Part shown: positions 1-10,884 of the stretch, piece by piece | Numbering within the stretch: position 1 is the first letter of the stretch | Layout: each line of letters begins with the position of its first letter | DNA from: Pseudomonadota bacterium | Lineage (GTDB): Bacteria; Pseudomonadota; Alphaproteobacteria; MPNO01; UBA2964 | Reading direction: 5' to 3' | Assembly (NCBI GenBank): GCA_027624735.1 | Contig: JAQBTY010000002.1 | Span: 1-39,582, forward strand | DNA: 39,582 bases | Notes under the pieces: generated by a model | Seen by the model: only the letters and a program-made list of their open reading frames with translations | What the model was told of the DNA's origin: nothing | Databases searched by the model: none | Translations under genes and position numbers: made by a program

Positions 1-91
1 GAAGGCCGACCATCCACGAGTTTTTTTTTCCGACGCTGCAAAACAGCTGAAAACAACAGAAAAACGTGGATGGTCGGCCTTCGCCGACCAT
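1..91. repeat. Pair of inverted hairpin plus T-tract modules (left copy cut by the window edge)
   Basis: 1-18 (GAAGGCCGACCATCCACG) and 65-82 form a perfect 18-bp inverted repeat. 70-91 is the full dyad ATGGTCGGC-cttc-GCCGACCAT. Each copy is followed, in its own orientation, by CCACG plus a T-run (T9 at 21-29; T5 on the minus strand at 60-64). Confidence 0.7.
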
Positions 92-222
92 GACGGAGAG
101 GGGGAGTGAAATTAAACCGGACACCAGTGGCATTGACGGATTGTCCACATTGAAAGTACGTGGGAAAATTGCTACTTATAGGTCTTGATCTTTAGATCGG
201 CGCCTTATCACAGGGGACGAGA

Positions 223-792
223 ATGGCAGTCATGGATTTGTGCCGCGCGATAATCAGACCGTTGTCGGGCTTGGCGCTGTTGTTGGCCGCCGGCTGCGGC
301 CTGGAATCGGAAGCGGATTTTCCGAATGAAGACCGGAGGCAGCCGGGACGCATCGTCTATGATTCCGAATTGAAAGCGAAGCCGGACAAATCGGTTTTCG
401 GCGACAGCGGGCTCGACCTGTTCAATCTTGGCGGCAGCAACAAGAAAAACCAAAGCGGCTCCGGGATCGCGGTCAACAGCTATCTGTGGCGCGCGTCCCT
501 CGACACCATCGCCTTCATGCCGCTTTCGTCCGCCGACCCCTTCGGCGGCGTGATCATTACGGATTGGTATTCGCCGCCCGAAACGCCGGCGGAGCGCTAC
601 AAGATGAGTGTCTATATCCTGGGCCGTCAATTGCGCGCCGACGGCGTCAAGGTCGCGGTTTTCCGGCAGGAAACCAAAGGGCCGAACGACTGGCATTCCA
701 AGTCGGTGTCGAAAGACACGGCGACGAATCTTGAGAACAAGATTCTATCGCGGGCACGCCAACTACGGCTCGCCTCCGAACAGAGCCGCTGA
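223..792 (+). CDS. Conserved lipoprotein, DUF3576-like
   Basis: Signal peptide with lipobox LLLAAGC. The motif SYLWRASLDTIAFMPL..DPFGGVIITDWY matches my memory of the DUF3576 family, which often lies upstream of leuS in alphaproteobacteria. Family assignment is from memory only. Confidence 0.7.
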   Translation: MAVMDLCRAIIRPLSGLALLLAAGCGLESEADFPNEDRRQPGRIVYDSELKAKPDKSVFGDSGLDLFNLGGSNKKNQSGSGIAVNSYLWRASLDTIAFMPLSSADPFGGVIITDWYSPPETPAERYKMSVYILGRQLRADGVKVAVFRQETKGPNDWHSKSVSKDTATNLENKILSRARQLRLASEQSR

Positions 793-890
793 TCGCCGCC
801 AGATCGTCATGCTTGCGGCGGCGCGGCTTGCGTGACAAATTCCGCCTATCCGTGATTTTAATGTCACCTAGATAATTGACGGTTCTGTCG

Positions 891-3467
891 ATGACAGGCG
901 ATTCCCCACCGACGCGCTATAACGTCAAGGAAACAGAGGCCAAATGGCAGGCGCTTTGGGAAAAGCGCGGCTGTTTTGCCGCGGAAATCGACAAATCCCG
1001 CCCCAAATACTACGTGCTGGAGATGTTCCCCTACCCGTCCGGCCGCATCCATATGGGTCATGTCCGCAACTACGCCATGGGCGACGTGGTCGCGCGATTT
1101 AAAAAAGCCCGCGGATTCAATGTTTTACACCCCATGGGCTGGGACGCTTTCGGCATGCCGGCGGAAAATGCCGCGATGGAGCAGAACGTCCATCCCGCGA
1201 CCTGGACCTACGCCAACATCGCGGCCATGCGGCGGCAGCTCAAAATGATGGGGCTGGCGCTGGATTGGAGCCGCGAACTGGCGACCTGCCATCCGGGCTA
1301 TTATCGCCACGAACAGAAAATGTTCCTCGATTTCCTGAAGAATGATCTGGTGTATCGGCGTAAATCCTGGGTGAATTGGGATCCGGTCGACAATACCGTT
1401 CTGGCCAATGAACAGGTCATCGACGGATGCGGCTGGCGGTCCGGCGCACCGGTGGAAAAGCGCGAGCTAAATCAATGGTTTTTCCGGATAACCGAATTCG
1501 CCGACGATCTGCTTGAAGGGCTCGGTAGTCTGGATCGGTGGCCAGCGAAGGTCCGCACCATGCAGGAGAACTGGATCGGCCGGTCTGAAGGCATGAGCGT
1601 CTGGTTCCACCTTGAGGATCGGGACGACCGGCTACAGATCTTTACGACCCGGCACGATACCATCTTCGGGGCCTCATTCTGCGCCATTTCCGCGGACCAC
1701 CCGCTGGCTGCTGCGCTGGCGGAAAACGACCCCGCGCTCACCGACTTCATTGCCGACTGTCGCCGCCTGGGCACCAGCGAAGCGGCGCTCGAACAGGCCG
1801 AAAAGAAGGGCTATGACACGGGCGTAAAAGCCGTCCATCCGTTGATCGACGGCAAGAAGCTACCCGTGTTTGTCGCCAATTTCGTTCTCATGGAGTACGG
1901 CACGGGCGCAATCTACGGCTGCCCGGCCCATGATCAGCGCGACCTGGATTTCGCCCGGAAATATGGCCTCGACGTGATCCCGGTGGTCATCCCGCCGGAG
2001 GCGAACGCGGCGGACTTCGTCATCGAAGACAGTGCCTATACCGGCGACGGACTCCATGCCAATTCCGACTTTATCGATGATTTGAACATCCCCGATGCCA
2101 AGGAGGCCGTGGCGGTCAGGCTGGAAGGTGCCGGTATCGGCAAGCGGGAGATAAATTTCAGGCTGCGCGACTGGGGCGTGTCGAGACAGCGCTACTGGGG
2201 CTGCCCGATCCCGATCATAAACTGCCCGTCCTGTGGAACCGTGCCCGTCCCCGAACAGGACCTGCCGGTTATCCTGCCGGACGATATCGATTTCGGTACG
2301 CCGGGCAATCCGCTCGACCGGCACCCGACCTGGAAACAGGTCGCCTGCCCGTCCTGCGGGACCGCGGCGGCGCGCGAGACCGATACGCTGGATACGTTTG
2401 TGGAATCGTCGTGGTATTTCGCGCGGTTCTGTTCGCCGCGCGACGACTCACCGCTGGATCGCGCCGCCGTCGATTATTGGTTGCCTGTCGATCAATATAT
2501 CGGCGGGGTCGAACATGCGATCCTTCATCTGCTTTATTCGCGGTTTTTCACCCGCGCGATGACAAAATGCGGCTATCTGGATGTCGCCGAGCCTTTTGCC
2601 GGTCTGTTCACCCAGGGGATGGTCTGCCACGAGACCTATCGCACCGCCGACGGCGCCTGGGTGCCGCCGGTCGAGGTCGCGCGTGACGAAGACGGCGTCC
2701 TGAAGCGCGACGGCACCGGCGAGACCATCACGGTCGGCCGCTCGGAGAAAATGAGCAAATCCAAGAAGAACGTCGTCGATCCGGAGGATATCATCGCAAC
2801 CTACGGCGCCGATACGGCGCGCTGGTTCATGTTGTCGGACAGCCCGCCCGAACGCGATCTTGAATGGACCGATGCCGGCATCGCCGGGGCCTGGCGTTTT
2901 GTCAATCGCCTTTGGCGCATGATGTCGCCGGGCGATCGTGTCCAGATCGATGGCGGCCAGCCCGCTATCGAGGGCGACCTTAGCGCTGTTCGCCAGCAGA
3001 TCCACCGCACCATCGCCGGGGTCACGGAGGATCTTGATACGTTTCATTTCAACCGGGCCGTGGCCAGGATATATGAACTCATCAACCGCCTTGCTACCCT
3101 GTCGCAGGACACCGAGGCCGAAGCCTGGGTCCGGCGCGAGGGCTTCGATGTCGCCGTCCGGCTGATCGGCCCCATGATGCCCCATCTTGGCGAGGAGCTG
3201 TGGCAGCGTCTGGGCAACGAGACGCTGCTCACCGACACGCCATGGCCGGAACCGGATCCCGCCCTACTGGTGCAGGACACAGTCACCATCGCCGTGCAGG
3301 TAAAAGGCAAGCTTCGCGCCACCATCGACCTGCCGCGCGACATTGACCAGAAAGACGCGGAAAACGCGGCCCTGGCGCTGCCGGCCATCGTCTCCGCGCT
3401 TGAAGGCAAGTCCATCAGCCGGGTCATTTTCGTACCCAACAAAATTATCAATGTGGTTCATTCGTAA
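891..3467 (+). CDS. leuS: Leucine--tRNA ligase
   Basis: HIGH-type motif ([10 protein letters not shown]), KMSKS motif and about 860 aa length. The track ORF starts at TTG 876; ATG 891 is more likely. Confidence 0.95.
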   Translation: MTGDSPPTRYNVKETEAKWQALWEKRGCFAAEIDKSRPKYYVLEMFPYPSGRIHMGHVRNYAMGDVVARFKKARGFNVLHPMGWDAFGMPAENAAMEQNVHPATWTYANIAAMRRQLKMMGLALDWSRELATCHPGYYRHEQKMFLDFLKNDLVYRRKSWVNWDPVDNTVLANEQVIDGCGWRSGAPVEKRELNQWFFRITEFADDLLEGLGSLDRWPAKVRTMQENWIGRSEGMSVWFHLEDRDDRLQIFTTRHDTIFGASFCAISADHPLAAALAENDPALTDFIADCRRLGTSEAALEQAEKKGYDTGVKAVHPLIDGKKLPVFVANFVLMEYGTGAIYGCPAHDQRDLDFARKYGLDVIPVVIPPEANAADFVIEDSAYTGDGLHANSDFIDDLNIPDAKEAVAVRLEGAGIGKREINFRLRDWGVSRQRYWGCPIPIINCPSCGTVPVPEQDLPVILPDDIDFGTPGNPLDRHPTWKQVACPSCGTAAARETDTLDTFVESSWYFARFCSPRDDSPLDRAAVDYWLPVDQYIGGVEHAILHLLYSRFFTRAMTKCGYLDVAEPFAGLFTQGMVCHETYRTADGAWVPPVEVARDEDGVLKRDGTGETITVGRSEKMSKSKKNVVDPEDIIATYGADTARWFMLSDSPPERDLEWTDAGIAGAWRFVNRLWRMMSPGDRVQIDGGQPAIEGDLSAVRQQIHRTIAGVTEDLDTFHFNRAVARIYELINRLATLSQDTEAEAWVRREGFDVAVRLIGPMMPHLGEELWQRLGNETLLTDTPWPEPDPALLVQDTVTIAVQVKGKLRATIDLPRDIDQKDAENAALALPAIVSALEGKSISRVIFVPNKIINVVHS

Positions 3468-4011
3468 ACGGCCCGCTGGCCGCGATCTGCTGCCGGCGCT
3501 TGGTGTCATAGCGCTGCTCTTGAGCGGCTGCGGGTTTCGGCCGCTCTACCAAAGCGGCGGCGGCAGTGACGAGGCCGCCCTGGCAACGATTGAAGTGGTT
3601 GGAATCAAAGACCGCCTAGGCCAACAGTTGAGAAATCTGCTGACCGAGCGCCTTTCGCCACGGGGGCGGTCAGCGCGAACGGACTACAGGCTGACGGTCA
3701 CGCTGAATGAAGCGAGGCAGGGGCTCGCGATCAGAAAAGACGAAACGGCGACGCGCGCCAATTTGACCATAAACGCGGACTTCAAGCTCGTTGCCCTGGC
3801 TAATCCGCGTCTGGGAACCTTCGCGGGAAAGGCCCATTCGACCATTAGTTACAATATCCTGACATCGGATTTTGCAACCCTGAGCGCCGAAAAAGACGCC
3901 CGCAACAGGGCATCGCGGGCCCTGGCGGAGGAAATCCGCCTGCGCGTCGCCTCCGCTCTCCGTAATCCCAGGGCATTTTCGGGCCCGCCCGCGGACCAGG
4001 CCCCGCGATGA
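3451..4011 (+). CDS. lptE: LPS-assembly lipoprotein LptE
   Basis: ATG at 3451 gives [27 protein letters not shown] (lipobox). It occupies the conserved leuS-lptE-holA position and overlaps the leuS end by 17 nt. The track ORF start at 3343 lies inside leuS. Confidence 0.8.
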   Translation: MWFIRKRPAGRDLLPALGVIALLLSGCGFRPLYQSGGGSDEAALATIEVVGIKDRLGQQLRNLLTERLSPRGRSARTDYRLTVTLNEARQGLAIRKDETATRANLTINADFKLVALANPRLGTFAGKAHSTISYNILTSDFATLSAEKDARNRASRALAEEIRLRVASALRNPRAFSGPPADQAPR

Positions 4012-5060
4012 AGATCGCCGCTGCCACAGCGGATCGTTTCGTAAAAGCGCCACCCAGCGAAATTAGCGCCGTCCTTCTATATGGGCCGGATGCCGGATTG
4101 GTGCGGGAGCGCGGCGCACATCTTTTGAATGCCGTGGTCGATGATCCGAGCGACCCGTTTCGGGTTGCCGAATTGACTGTCGCCACGTTACGCGACGATC
4201 ACACAAGGCTCGCCGACGAGGCCGCGGCCATGTCACTGACCGGTGGGCGGCGGGTTGTCGGGATAAAGGGCGCAACGGACACCATAAGCGACATAATAGC
4301 GGCGCTCCTGCCTTCTATCTCGGCCGACAGCGCGCTCATCGTCATTGAAGCGGCTGATCTTGGACCCCGGTCCAAACTGCGCAAACTATTCGAAGGCGCC
4401 GACAACGCCGCCGCCATTGCCTGCTATTCAGATGACGGCCGCGCCGTCGAAGCCATTGTTCATGAGACTCTGTCGCGCGGAAATCTCACCATTTCCCGGG
4501 ATGCCCTGCGCTATCTCTGCGACAATCTTGGCGGCGACCGGCTGGTGAGCCGGTCGGAACTGGAGAAACTGGTCCTGTACATGGGCAGTGACGGCGGCGA
4601 AGTAAGCTTGACCGATGCGGTGACCTGCATAGGGGATAGCGCCACTATGACCCTGGACGATCTGGCTTTTGCCGCGGCGTCTGGGGATATTGAACACTTA
4701 ACCCGTCTTATCGACCGGGTCCGGCAGGAAGGCGCCACCGCGATTGCGATCTTGCGGGTTTTGGCCCGGCATTTTCAGAGGCTGCATCTGGCAAGCGGGC
4801 TCATTGCCGAGGGAAAGTCACCGGATGAGGCAATGAAATCGTTACGGCCACCGGTCTTTTTCAAACAAGCAACGGTGTTTCGTTCCCAGTGCACCCGTTG
4901 GTCGACAAACTGGCTGGAAACCACGCTTGATTCAATTGGGGAGGCTGAAGCCGCTTGCAAGACCACGGGCGCCCCAACCGACATGATTTGCGGCCAACTG
5001 CTGTTGCGCACCGCCGTTCTGGCGCAGCGCGCCGGGCGCCAAGCCTCACGGGCCGGTTAA
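4008..5060 (+). CDS. holA: DNA polymerase III delta subunit
   Basis: 350 aa with an ATGA overlap with lptE, in the conserved position after lptE. The N-terminus pattern (LLYGPDAGLVRE) is typical of HolA. Confidence 0.85.
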   Translation: MKIAAATADRFVKAPPSEISAVLLYGPDAGLVRERGAHLLNAVVDDPSDPFRVAELTVATLRDDHTRLADEAAAMSLTGGRRVVGIKGATDTISDIIAALLPSISADSALIVIEAADLGPRSKLRKLFEGADNAAAIACYSDDGRAVEAIVHETLSRGNLTISRDALRYLCDNLGGDRLVSRSELEKLVLYMGSDGGEVSLTDAVTCIGDSATMTLDDLAFAAASGDIEHLTRLIDRVRQEGATAIAILRVLARHFQRLHLASGLIAEGKSPDEAMKSLRPPVFFKQATVFRSQCTRWSTNWLETTLDSIGEAEAACKTTGAPTDMICGQLLLRTAVLAQRAGRQASRAG

Positions 5061-5062
5061 AT

Positions 5063-5956
5063 TCACAAATGTTGCATCTGGCCAAGACGTTTAATGATCT
5101 CGTCCAATTGATCCAGATTACTGTAATGGACCACGACCTTGCCGCCGGCTTTTTCACCCCGAAACTCAATAGTGACCTTGAGGCCAAGCACATCCGAAAT
5201 GGTGCGCTCAAGCGCGGTTGTGTCGGGATCGTGTCGCGGCGCGGTTGACACGGCGGATTGCCGCGGCGATTTTTCTCTTTTCACCAAGGCTTCGGTCTGG
5301 CGCACATTCAGACCCGATTTGGCTATTTTTGCCGCCAGGCCGGCCGGATCCTCCGCGCCGATCAGCGCCCTTGCGTGACCGGCCGATAATTTTCCCTGAT
5401 CCACGAGCCGCTGAACAGATTCGGGAAGCGTCAGGAGACGCAACGTATTCGCCACATGGCTACGGCTTTTTCCAACCACCCGGGAGAGGCTTTCCTGCGT
5501 ATGGTCGAATTCCTCGATCAGCCGCAGGTAACCCGAGGCTTCTTCAAGCGGATTCAAATCGGCGCGCTGAATATTTTCAACCAGGGCAATTTCAAGCACG
5601 CCCTCATCGCTAAGGTCACGGACAATAACCGGTACCTCATGAAGCTGCGCCGCCTGGGCCGCGCGCCAGCGCCGCTCACCCGCGACAATTTCATAGTAGC
5701 CCGGCTTATTCGGGCTGGGCCTGACCAGGATCGGCTGCAGAACGCCGCGTTCGCGAACCGACGCGGTCAATTCCGTGATATCGTCCTGGTTAAAGATCCG
5801 ACGCGGCTGGTACCGGCTGGGCGCGAGAAACTCCACCGGCAAGGACAGTCCCCGTTGATCCGCCGGGATAGTTTCCGGTTTCTTGACCCTTTCGTCGCCC
5901 AACAGGGCGGATAGCCCGCGGCCGAGCTCCCGACCCTGGGGTTTCTGATCCGTCAT
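5063..5956 (-). CDS. parB: Chromosome partitioning protein ParB
   Basis: ParB box IVAGERRWRAA and an HTH region (SQESLSRVVGKSRSHVANTLRLL). Overlaps the parA stop. Confidence 0.95.
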   Translation of the reverse strand: MTDQKPQGRELGRGLSALLGDERVKKPETIPADQRGLSLPVEFLAPSRYQPRRIFNQDDITELTASVRERGVLQPILVRPSPNKPGYYEIVAGERRWRAAQAAQLHEVPVIVRDLSDEGVLEIALVENIQRADLNPLEEASGYLRLIEEFDHTQESLSRVVGKSRSHVANTLRLLTLPESVQRLVDQGKLSAGHARALIGAEDPAGLAAKIAKSGLNVRQTEALVKREKSPRQSAVSTAPRHDPDTTALERTISDVLGLKVTIEFRGEKAGGKVVVHYSNLDQLDEIIKRLGQMQHL

Positions 5957-6813
5957 GACGAACCTCCTTCTTCGCGGCCTTCTTCGCGGCGCAAAAATTC
6001 TCCCGCCAAATGGATATAGGCTTGGGAACCAAGACAGTTGAAATCATACAAAAGCACCGGCTTTCCATGGGACGGCGCTTCAGAAACCCGTACATTGCGC
6101 GGGATTACCGACTTATAGACGATATCCCCAAAATAGCCGCGCACATCCGCCGCCACGAGATTGCACAGGTTATTGCGGGCATCGAACATGGTCAACACGA
6201 TGCCCTGGACCGTCAGCCGGTCGTTAAACGCGTTATTCACGCGCTCAACGGTGCGGACGAGTTGACTTAACCCCTCGAGCGCCAAATATTCACATTGCAA
6301 CGGCACGAGAACACCATCGGCGGCGACCAAGGCATTCAGCGTCAGGAGGCCAAGCGCCGGCGGGCAATCTATCAAGATGTAATCGTAGGTTTCATCGAGA
6401 GAATTAAATGCCTCTTTAAGACGAAATTCCCGGCGTTCGAAATCGACGAGCTCAAGTTCGGCGCCGGAAAGATCGACCGAGGCCGGCACCACCACCAGCC
6501 GCGGCACGAGGGTCGGTACAGTGGCGGCCGCAATCGGTTCGCCGCCAATCAGAACCTCATAACTACCTGATTTTGCTGCATTTCTGTCAATTCCCAGTCC
6601 GGTCGACGCATTGCCTTGCGGATCGAGATCGAACAACATGACGCGCTTACCGGTCGCCGCCAGCGCGGTCGATAAATTAATCGCCGTGGTAGTCTTTCCA
6701 ACGCCGCCTTTCTGGTTGGCAATTGCGAGGATACGAGTGGCGCTCCGCGGCGCCACATCGATTTCAGCGCTAATCACTGGCGTACTGCTACTCGGAATGT
6801 CCGTCACGTGCAA
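5953..6813 (-). CDS. parA: Chromosome partitioning ATPase ParA
   Basis: Deviant Walker A motif NQKGGVGKTTT. The start is uncertain (TTG 6813 or GTG 6807). Overlaps the rsmG 3' end. Confidence 0.93.
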   Translation of the reverse strand: MHVTDIPSSSTPVISAEIDVAPRSATRILAIANQKGGVGKTTTAINLSTALAATGKRVMLFDLDPQGNASTGLGIDRNAAKSGSYEVLIGGEPIAAATVPTLVPRLVVVPASVDLSGAELELVDFERREFRLKEAFNSLDETYDYILIDCPPALGLLTLNALVAADGVLVPLQCEYLALEGLSQLVRTVERVNNAFNDRLTVQGIVLTMFDARNNLCNLVAADVRGYFGDIVYKSVIPRNVRVSEAPSHGKPVLLYDFNCLGSQAYIHLAGEFLRREEGREEGGSS

Positions 6814-7435
6814 TATCCCGAATTCGGAGAATTATTCCTGATGGATCCGATGCGCTTTGAAAGCGCTCGACTTTCATTGTCCAACTTTTGGACGCTTCGG
6901 TCAATTCTTCCTCCACACGAGCGCCCTTGAGAAAGATACAGGCGGCATCGGTACCGGCGCCCTGAAGGAACGGCTCCGCATAATCAAGCAACAGGGCCAG
7001 AGGCGCCAGCGCCCGGGCGACAACAACGTCACTCTGCCATGCATCCGCCCGCTCAATACGGCGATTTTGAATGATCGCCGGAGCTTTCGTCAGCCGCGCC
7101 GCCTCCCGCAGGAAAGCGGCTTTCTTGCCCGAGGCCTCAACCAGGTGAACCGGGCTATCGAGAATTATCGACAAGACGAGCCCGGGAAAGCCAGCGCCGC
7201 TGCCCAAATCCGTGATGATTGCCGCGTCCGGCGGGATATAAGCAGCCAACTGAGCCGAATCGAGCATATGTCGGCGCCATATATCCGAAAGGCTATCGGC
7301 GCCAACAAGGTTTATGGCTCCCTGCCACTTCACAAGTAGCGAAGCATAAACCTCAAGGCGCTCTAATGTTTCACGTGAAACATCGGCAGCGGCCGCGAAC
7401 TCATCCGCCGACATATCTGTCAGGGTCCTTGCCAT
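6788..7435 (-). CDS. rsmG: 16S rRNA (guanine527-N7)-methyltransferase RsmG/GidB
   Basis: SAM-binding motif DLGSGAGFPG and the N-terminal VSRET motif, in the position between mnmG and parA. Confidence 0.93.
   Translation of the reverse strand: MARTLTDMSADEFAAAADVSRETLERLEVYASLLVKWQGAINLVGADSLSDIWRRHMLDSAQLAAYIPPDAAIITDLGSGAGFPGLVLSIILDSPVHLVEASGKKAAFLREAARLTKAPAIIQNRRIERADAWQSDVVVARALAPLALLLDYAEPFLQGAGTDAACIFLKGARVEEELTEASKSWTMKVERFQSASDPSGIILRIRDIARDGHSE
7367..7382. promoter_or_regulatory. parS: parS centromere site (inside the rsmG 5' coding region)
   Basis: Exact 16-bp palindrome TGTTTCACGTGAAACA, which is the canonical ParB-binding parS consensus. It extends to an 18-bp palindrome at 7366-7383. 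Confidence 0.85.
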
Positions 7436-7456
7436 CCTGACTGTACCGACAACCAG

Positions 7457-9334
7457 TCAGGCGGCTGAGCGATCGCGGCGCCGCACATGGCGCAGCAGAA
7501 TAGTGATCGCCGCCGGGGTTACGCCCGAAATCCGCACGGCCGCGCCCAGGGTGGCGGGCCGTGCCGCGGAAAGTTTCTCCTTCGCCTCGTTGGAAAGACC
7601 GCCAATACCATCGAAATCCAGATCCGGCGGCAGCAAAAGGTCTTCATCCCGCCGGAATGCTTCGATATCGGCATTCTGGCGCACCAGATAGGAAGCGTAG
7701 CGGCCCTCGATCTCGATCTGTTCGGCGATCTCGCGGTCAACAGCACCAAGCGCGGGCCAAATCTGGGCAAGGCGCGCCATATTGATATCGGCATGGGCCA
7801 GCAAGCGCATCGCCGACCGCGCGACGCCATCCTGAGCGATATCAAAGCCACGCCGCGCCAGCGCCGATGGCGTTATCCGCAGCGCCTTAACGGTTTCTCT
7901 CAGCGACGCCAGGGCCGCGGCCTTCATTTGAAATGCCCCGGACCGTTCCGGCCCGACGCAGCCAATTTTTTCACCCAGGGCCGTAAGCCGTTGATCGGCA
8001 TTATCGGCGCGCAAGGTAAGGCGGTACTCCGCCCGCGATGTAAACATGCGGTAAGGCTCCGCCGTACCGTAATTTATGAGATCGTCGATCAAGACACCGA
8101 TATAGGCATCCGCCCTGTCGAGCACGAAGGACGGCGAGCCGGCGCAGCTAAGGGCGGCATTAAGGCCGGCCATCAGCCCCTGCGCCGCCGCCTCTTCATA
8201 GCCAGTGGTTCCGTTTATCTGCCCGGCGAAATAAAGTCCTGGAATTCTGCGGGTTTCAAGGGTTTGACCCAATTCCCGCGGATCGACGAAATCATACTCG
8301 ATGGCGTAGCCAGGGCGGATCATGCGCGCCTTTTCCAGGCCCGGAATGGTAAGAAGCAGGGCATTCTGAACATCACGCGGCAGGCTGGTGGAAATACCGT
8401 TGGGATAGACCGTGTGGTCGTCCAGACCCTCCGGTTCAAGAAATATCTGGTGGCGCGCGCGATCGGCGAAGCGCACGACTTTATCTTCGATGGACGGACA
8501 ATAGCGCGGCCCGGTTCCCTCGATCTGGCCGGAATACATCGGCGCCCGGTCCAGATTGGCGCGGATCAAATCATGGGACGCCATGGTCGTGCCGGTTATA
8601 TGGCAATCTATCTGGGGGGTTCGTATTTTATCGGTCAAAAAGGAAAAGGGCTGTGGCGGACTGTCACCCGCCTGTGCATCCAGACCGGTCCAGTCGATGG
8701 TACGCCCATCAAGCCGCGGCGGCGTACCGGTTTTGAGCCGCCCAAGGCGAAACTCTGCCTTGTTTAGCGTATCGGACAACCCCATGCTGGGCGCCTCCCC
8801 CATACGGCCCGCCGGGATCTTTTCATCACCCATATGGATCAAACCGCGCAGAAACGTGCCCGTCGTCAGAATGACGCGGCCGCAGGAGATGGTTTCCCCG
8901 GCATCGGTTACGACGCCGTCGACGTGGCCAAAATTATCGAAGGTCAGATCTTCAACCGATCCGGACCTGATGGTCAGTCCCGTCTGTTCGGACAATATAT
9001 CCTGCATGGCGGCCCGGTAGAGCTTGCGGTCCGCCTGCGCGCGCGGCCCCCTTACGGCGGGGCCCTTGCTGAGATTCAGCATACGAAACTGGATTCCAGC
9101 GCGATCGATAACGCGGCCCATGACACCATCCAACGCATCGATCTCGCGCACCAGATGCCCTTTGGCAAGCCCGCCAATCGCGGGATTGCAGGACATTTCT
9201 CCTATGGTTTCGATCTTATGGGTCAGCAACAGGGTGCGCGCACCAATTCGTGCGGCGGCGGCGGCGGCTTCGCAGCCGGCATGGCCGCCACCAATAACGA
9301 TGACGTCGAAGTTGGTCGAGGCGTGCCCGGACAT
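7457..9334 (-). CDS. mnmG: tRNA uridine 5-carboxymethylaminomethyl modification enzyme MnmG/GidA
   Basis: FAD-binding N-terminus [14 protein letters not shown], 625 aa, conserved throughout. Confidence 0.96.
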   Translation of the reverse strand: MSGHASTNFDVIVIGGGHAGCEAAAAAARIGARTLLLTHKIETIGEMSCNPAIGGLAKGHLVREIDALDGVMGRVIDRAGIQFRMLNLSKGPAVRGPRAQADRKLYRAAMQDILSEQTGLTIRSGSVEDLTFDNFGHVDGVVTDAGETISCGRVILTTGTFLRGLIHMGDEKIPAGRMGEAPSMGLSDTLNKAEFRLGRLKTGTPPRLDGRTIDWTGLDAQAGDSPPQPFSFLTDKIRTPQIDCHITGTTMASHDLIRANLDRAPMYSGQIEGTGPRYCPSIEDKVVRFADRARHQIFLEPEGLDDHTVYPNGISTSLPRDVQNALLLTIPGLEKARMIRPGYAIEYDFVDPRELGQTLETRRIPGLYFAGQINGTTGYEEAAAQGLMAGLNAALSCAGSPSFVLDRADAYIGVLIDDLINYGTAEPYRMFTSRAEYRLTLRADNADQRLTALGEKIGCVGPERSGAFQMKAAALASLRETVKALRITPSALARRGFDIAQDGVARSAMRLLAHADINMARLAQIWPALGAVDREIAEQIEIEGRYASYLVRQNADIEAFRRDEDLLLPPDLDFDGIGGLSNEAKEKLSAARPATLGAAVRISGVTPAAITILLRHVRRRDRSAA

Positions 9335-9394
9335 GGGCGCTATCTATGCGACGCCGGCGAATGAGTCAAAAGAAAAAAATTTGTTGGTGGCGAA

Positions 9395-9410
9395 TGTTTC
9401 ACGTGAAACA
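9395..9410. promoter_or_regulatory. parS: parS centromere site (mnmE-mnmG intergenic)
   Basis: Second exact copy of TGTTTCACGTGAAACA, located in the 85-bp spacer between the mnmE stop and the mnmG start. Confidence 0.85.
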
Positions 9411-9419
9411 TTATGGCCG

Positions 9420-10760
9420 CTATTTTCCGATACAGAATTCGCGAAAAATGACGTCCAGCACGTCCTCCACATCGACGCGGCCGGTTATGCGCCCCAAAGA
9501 CCGCGCCGCCAACCGGACGTCCTCGGCAACCAGCTCCGCGGCGCCGGCCGTCTCGGCGCGTCTCAGCGCCCCATGGCATTCGCTCAGCGCCTCGCGGTGG
9601 CGCGTCCGGGTCAAGGGCGCGCTGCCCCGGCCTTCCATCAATTCCGCCACACGTCTGGTGACGGCGTCGACCAGCGCACCCATATTCGAGGCCTGTTTCG
9701 CGGATACGGGAATGACGGGAAAACCACCCATTTTAGTGGGTAATTCGCGGTTTTTCACCGTATCTATCTTGTTTAAGACAGGCATACTGTTGCCGTCCAG
9801 CAACGCCAGGGAACCGGGGTCGTGTTCACTCTGGCTGGCGTCAAAGACCACGAGCCGCAAATCCGCCTCGTCGGCCTGCTTGAGCGCCCGGCGAACGCCT
9901 TCCCGCTCGATGTGGTCGCCGGTCTCGCGCAACCCCGCGGTATCGGCGATGGTGACAGCGAACCCATCGAGATCGAAATTGACCTCAAGAACATCACGGG
10001 TCGTGCCGGCCGTCTCGGTCACGATCGCCACGTCGCGGCGCACCAAAGCATTCAGGAGGCTCGATTTTCCGACATTCGGCGCGCCCAGTATGGCGATGAA
10101 AACACCGTCCCGCACCAATTCGCCGCGCCGTTTATCATCAAGATAAGCCCCGATTTTCTTTCGTAACCCCAATATATTGTGTTTGATCTCCGTTTCGAGA
10201 TGTGCCGGCAGGCCTTCTTCCGGAAAATCGATTTCCGCCTCGATAAGCGCCAGGGTCCGCAATAATTTCTGCCGCCAGTCCTCCAGCATGGCCCCTAACG
10301 CACCGCCGAGCTGGCGCAGGGCCTGTTTGCGCTGCGCTTCGGTTTCCGCGGCGATCAGATCGGCGAGCCCCTCGATTTCGGTCAAATCCAGCTTGCCGTT
10401 ATCGAAGGCTCGGCGGGTAAATTCGCCCGGCTCTGCGAGGCGGGTTTCCGCCATACGGGATAGCGCGCCGCACACCGCCCTGACAGTGGCCCGCCCGCCA
10501 TGCAGGTGAAATTCCACGACGTCTTCGCCGGTAAAACTCGCCGGCGCGGGAAACCAGAGCGTTAAGCCATCATCAAGGCCAGACCCATCTTCGGGGTCGA
10601 CAAGCCGACACCGACAGGCATGTCGTGGCGCGGGATTCGTCATACCGGTCAAATGGCGCAGGGCGTCCGCCGCCCGCGGGCCCGACACCCGAATGACAGC
10701 TATGCCTGCCTTACCAGACGCTGTCGCAGGCGCAAAAATCGTATCGTTAACCATAACCAT
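9420..10760 (-). CDS. mnmE: tRNA modification GTPase MnmE/TrmE
   Basis: G1 motif GAPNVGKSSLLNAL and the C-terminal CIGK. Start trimmed to ATG 10760 (MVMVNDTIFAPATA...). The track start at 10853 adds an unconserved leader. Confidence 0.93.
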   Translation of the reverse strand: MVMVNDTIFAPATASGKAGIAVIRVSGPRAADALRHLTGMTNPAPRHACRCRLVDPEDGSGLDDGLTLWFPAPASFTGEDVVEFHLHGGRATVRAVCGALSRMAETRLAEPGEFTRRAFDNGKLDLTEIEGLADLIAAETEAQRKQALRQLGGALGAMLEDWRQKLLRTLALIEAEIDFPEEGLPAHLETEIKHNILGLRKKIGAYLDDKRRGELVRDGVFIAILGAPNVGKSSLLNALVRRDVAIVTETAGTTRDVLEVNFDLDGFAVTIADTAGLRETGDHIEREGVRRALKQADEADLRLVVFDASQSEHDPGSLALLDGNSMPVLNKIDTVKNRELPTKMGGFPVIPVSAKQASNMGALVDAVTRRVAELMEGRGSAPLTRTRHREALSECHGALRRAETAGAAELVAEDVRLAARSLGRITGRVDVEDVLDVIFREFCIGK

Positions 10761-10884
10761 CGGGGACCGTTTGCCCGGAACGCGCCCCTTTTGCAAACGA
10801 AATGATACAATAGCCGGTCGCGCGCAGGATAAAGCTGGTTTACCATCACCCATTGATACCGAGAATTTTTAGGCCAGGAACCTC

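Noticed and set aside
793-890. Weak dyad GCCGCC-(16 nt)-GGCGGC after the DUF3576 gene, considered as a terminator or leuS leader element.
   Set aside because: The stem is short, the loop is large and there is no T-tract. It cannot be distinguished from chance in GC-rich DNA.
5058-5065. Convergent genes with almost no spacer and no terminator hairpin: holA/parB 2 bp, dnaQ/secB 11 bp at 22513-22523, smr/hslU 14 bp at 30073-30086.
   Set aside because: This is consistent with general genome compaction and Rho-dependent termination. I see nothing sequence-specific to follow up.
7487-8767. 426-aa plus-strand ORF antisense to mnmG. Similar long antisense ORFs occur at 11392-12471, 25989-26543, 30100-31128 and 35463-36350.
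   Set aside because: These are typical high-GC shadow ORFs. They are Arg/Gly/Pro/Ser-rich and low in complexity, with no recognisable motifs. The opposite strand encodes unmistakable conserved proteins over the same span.
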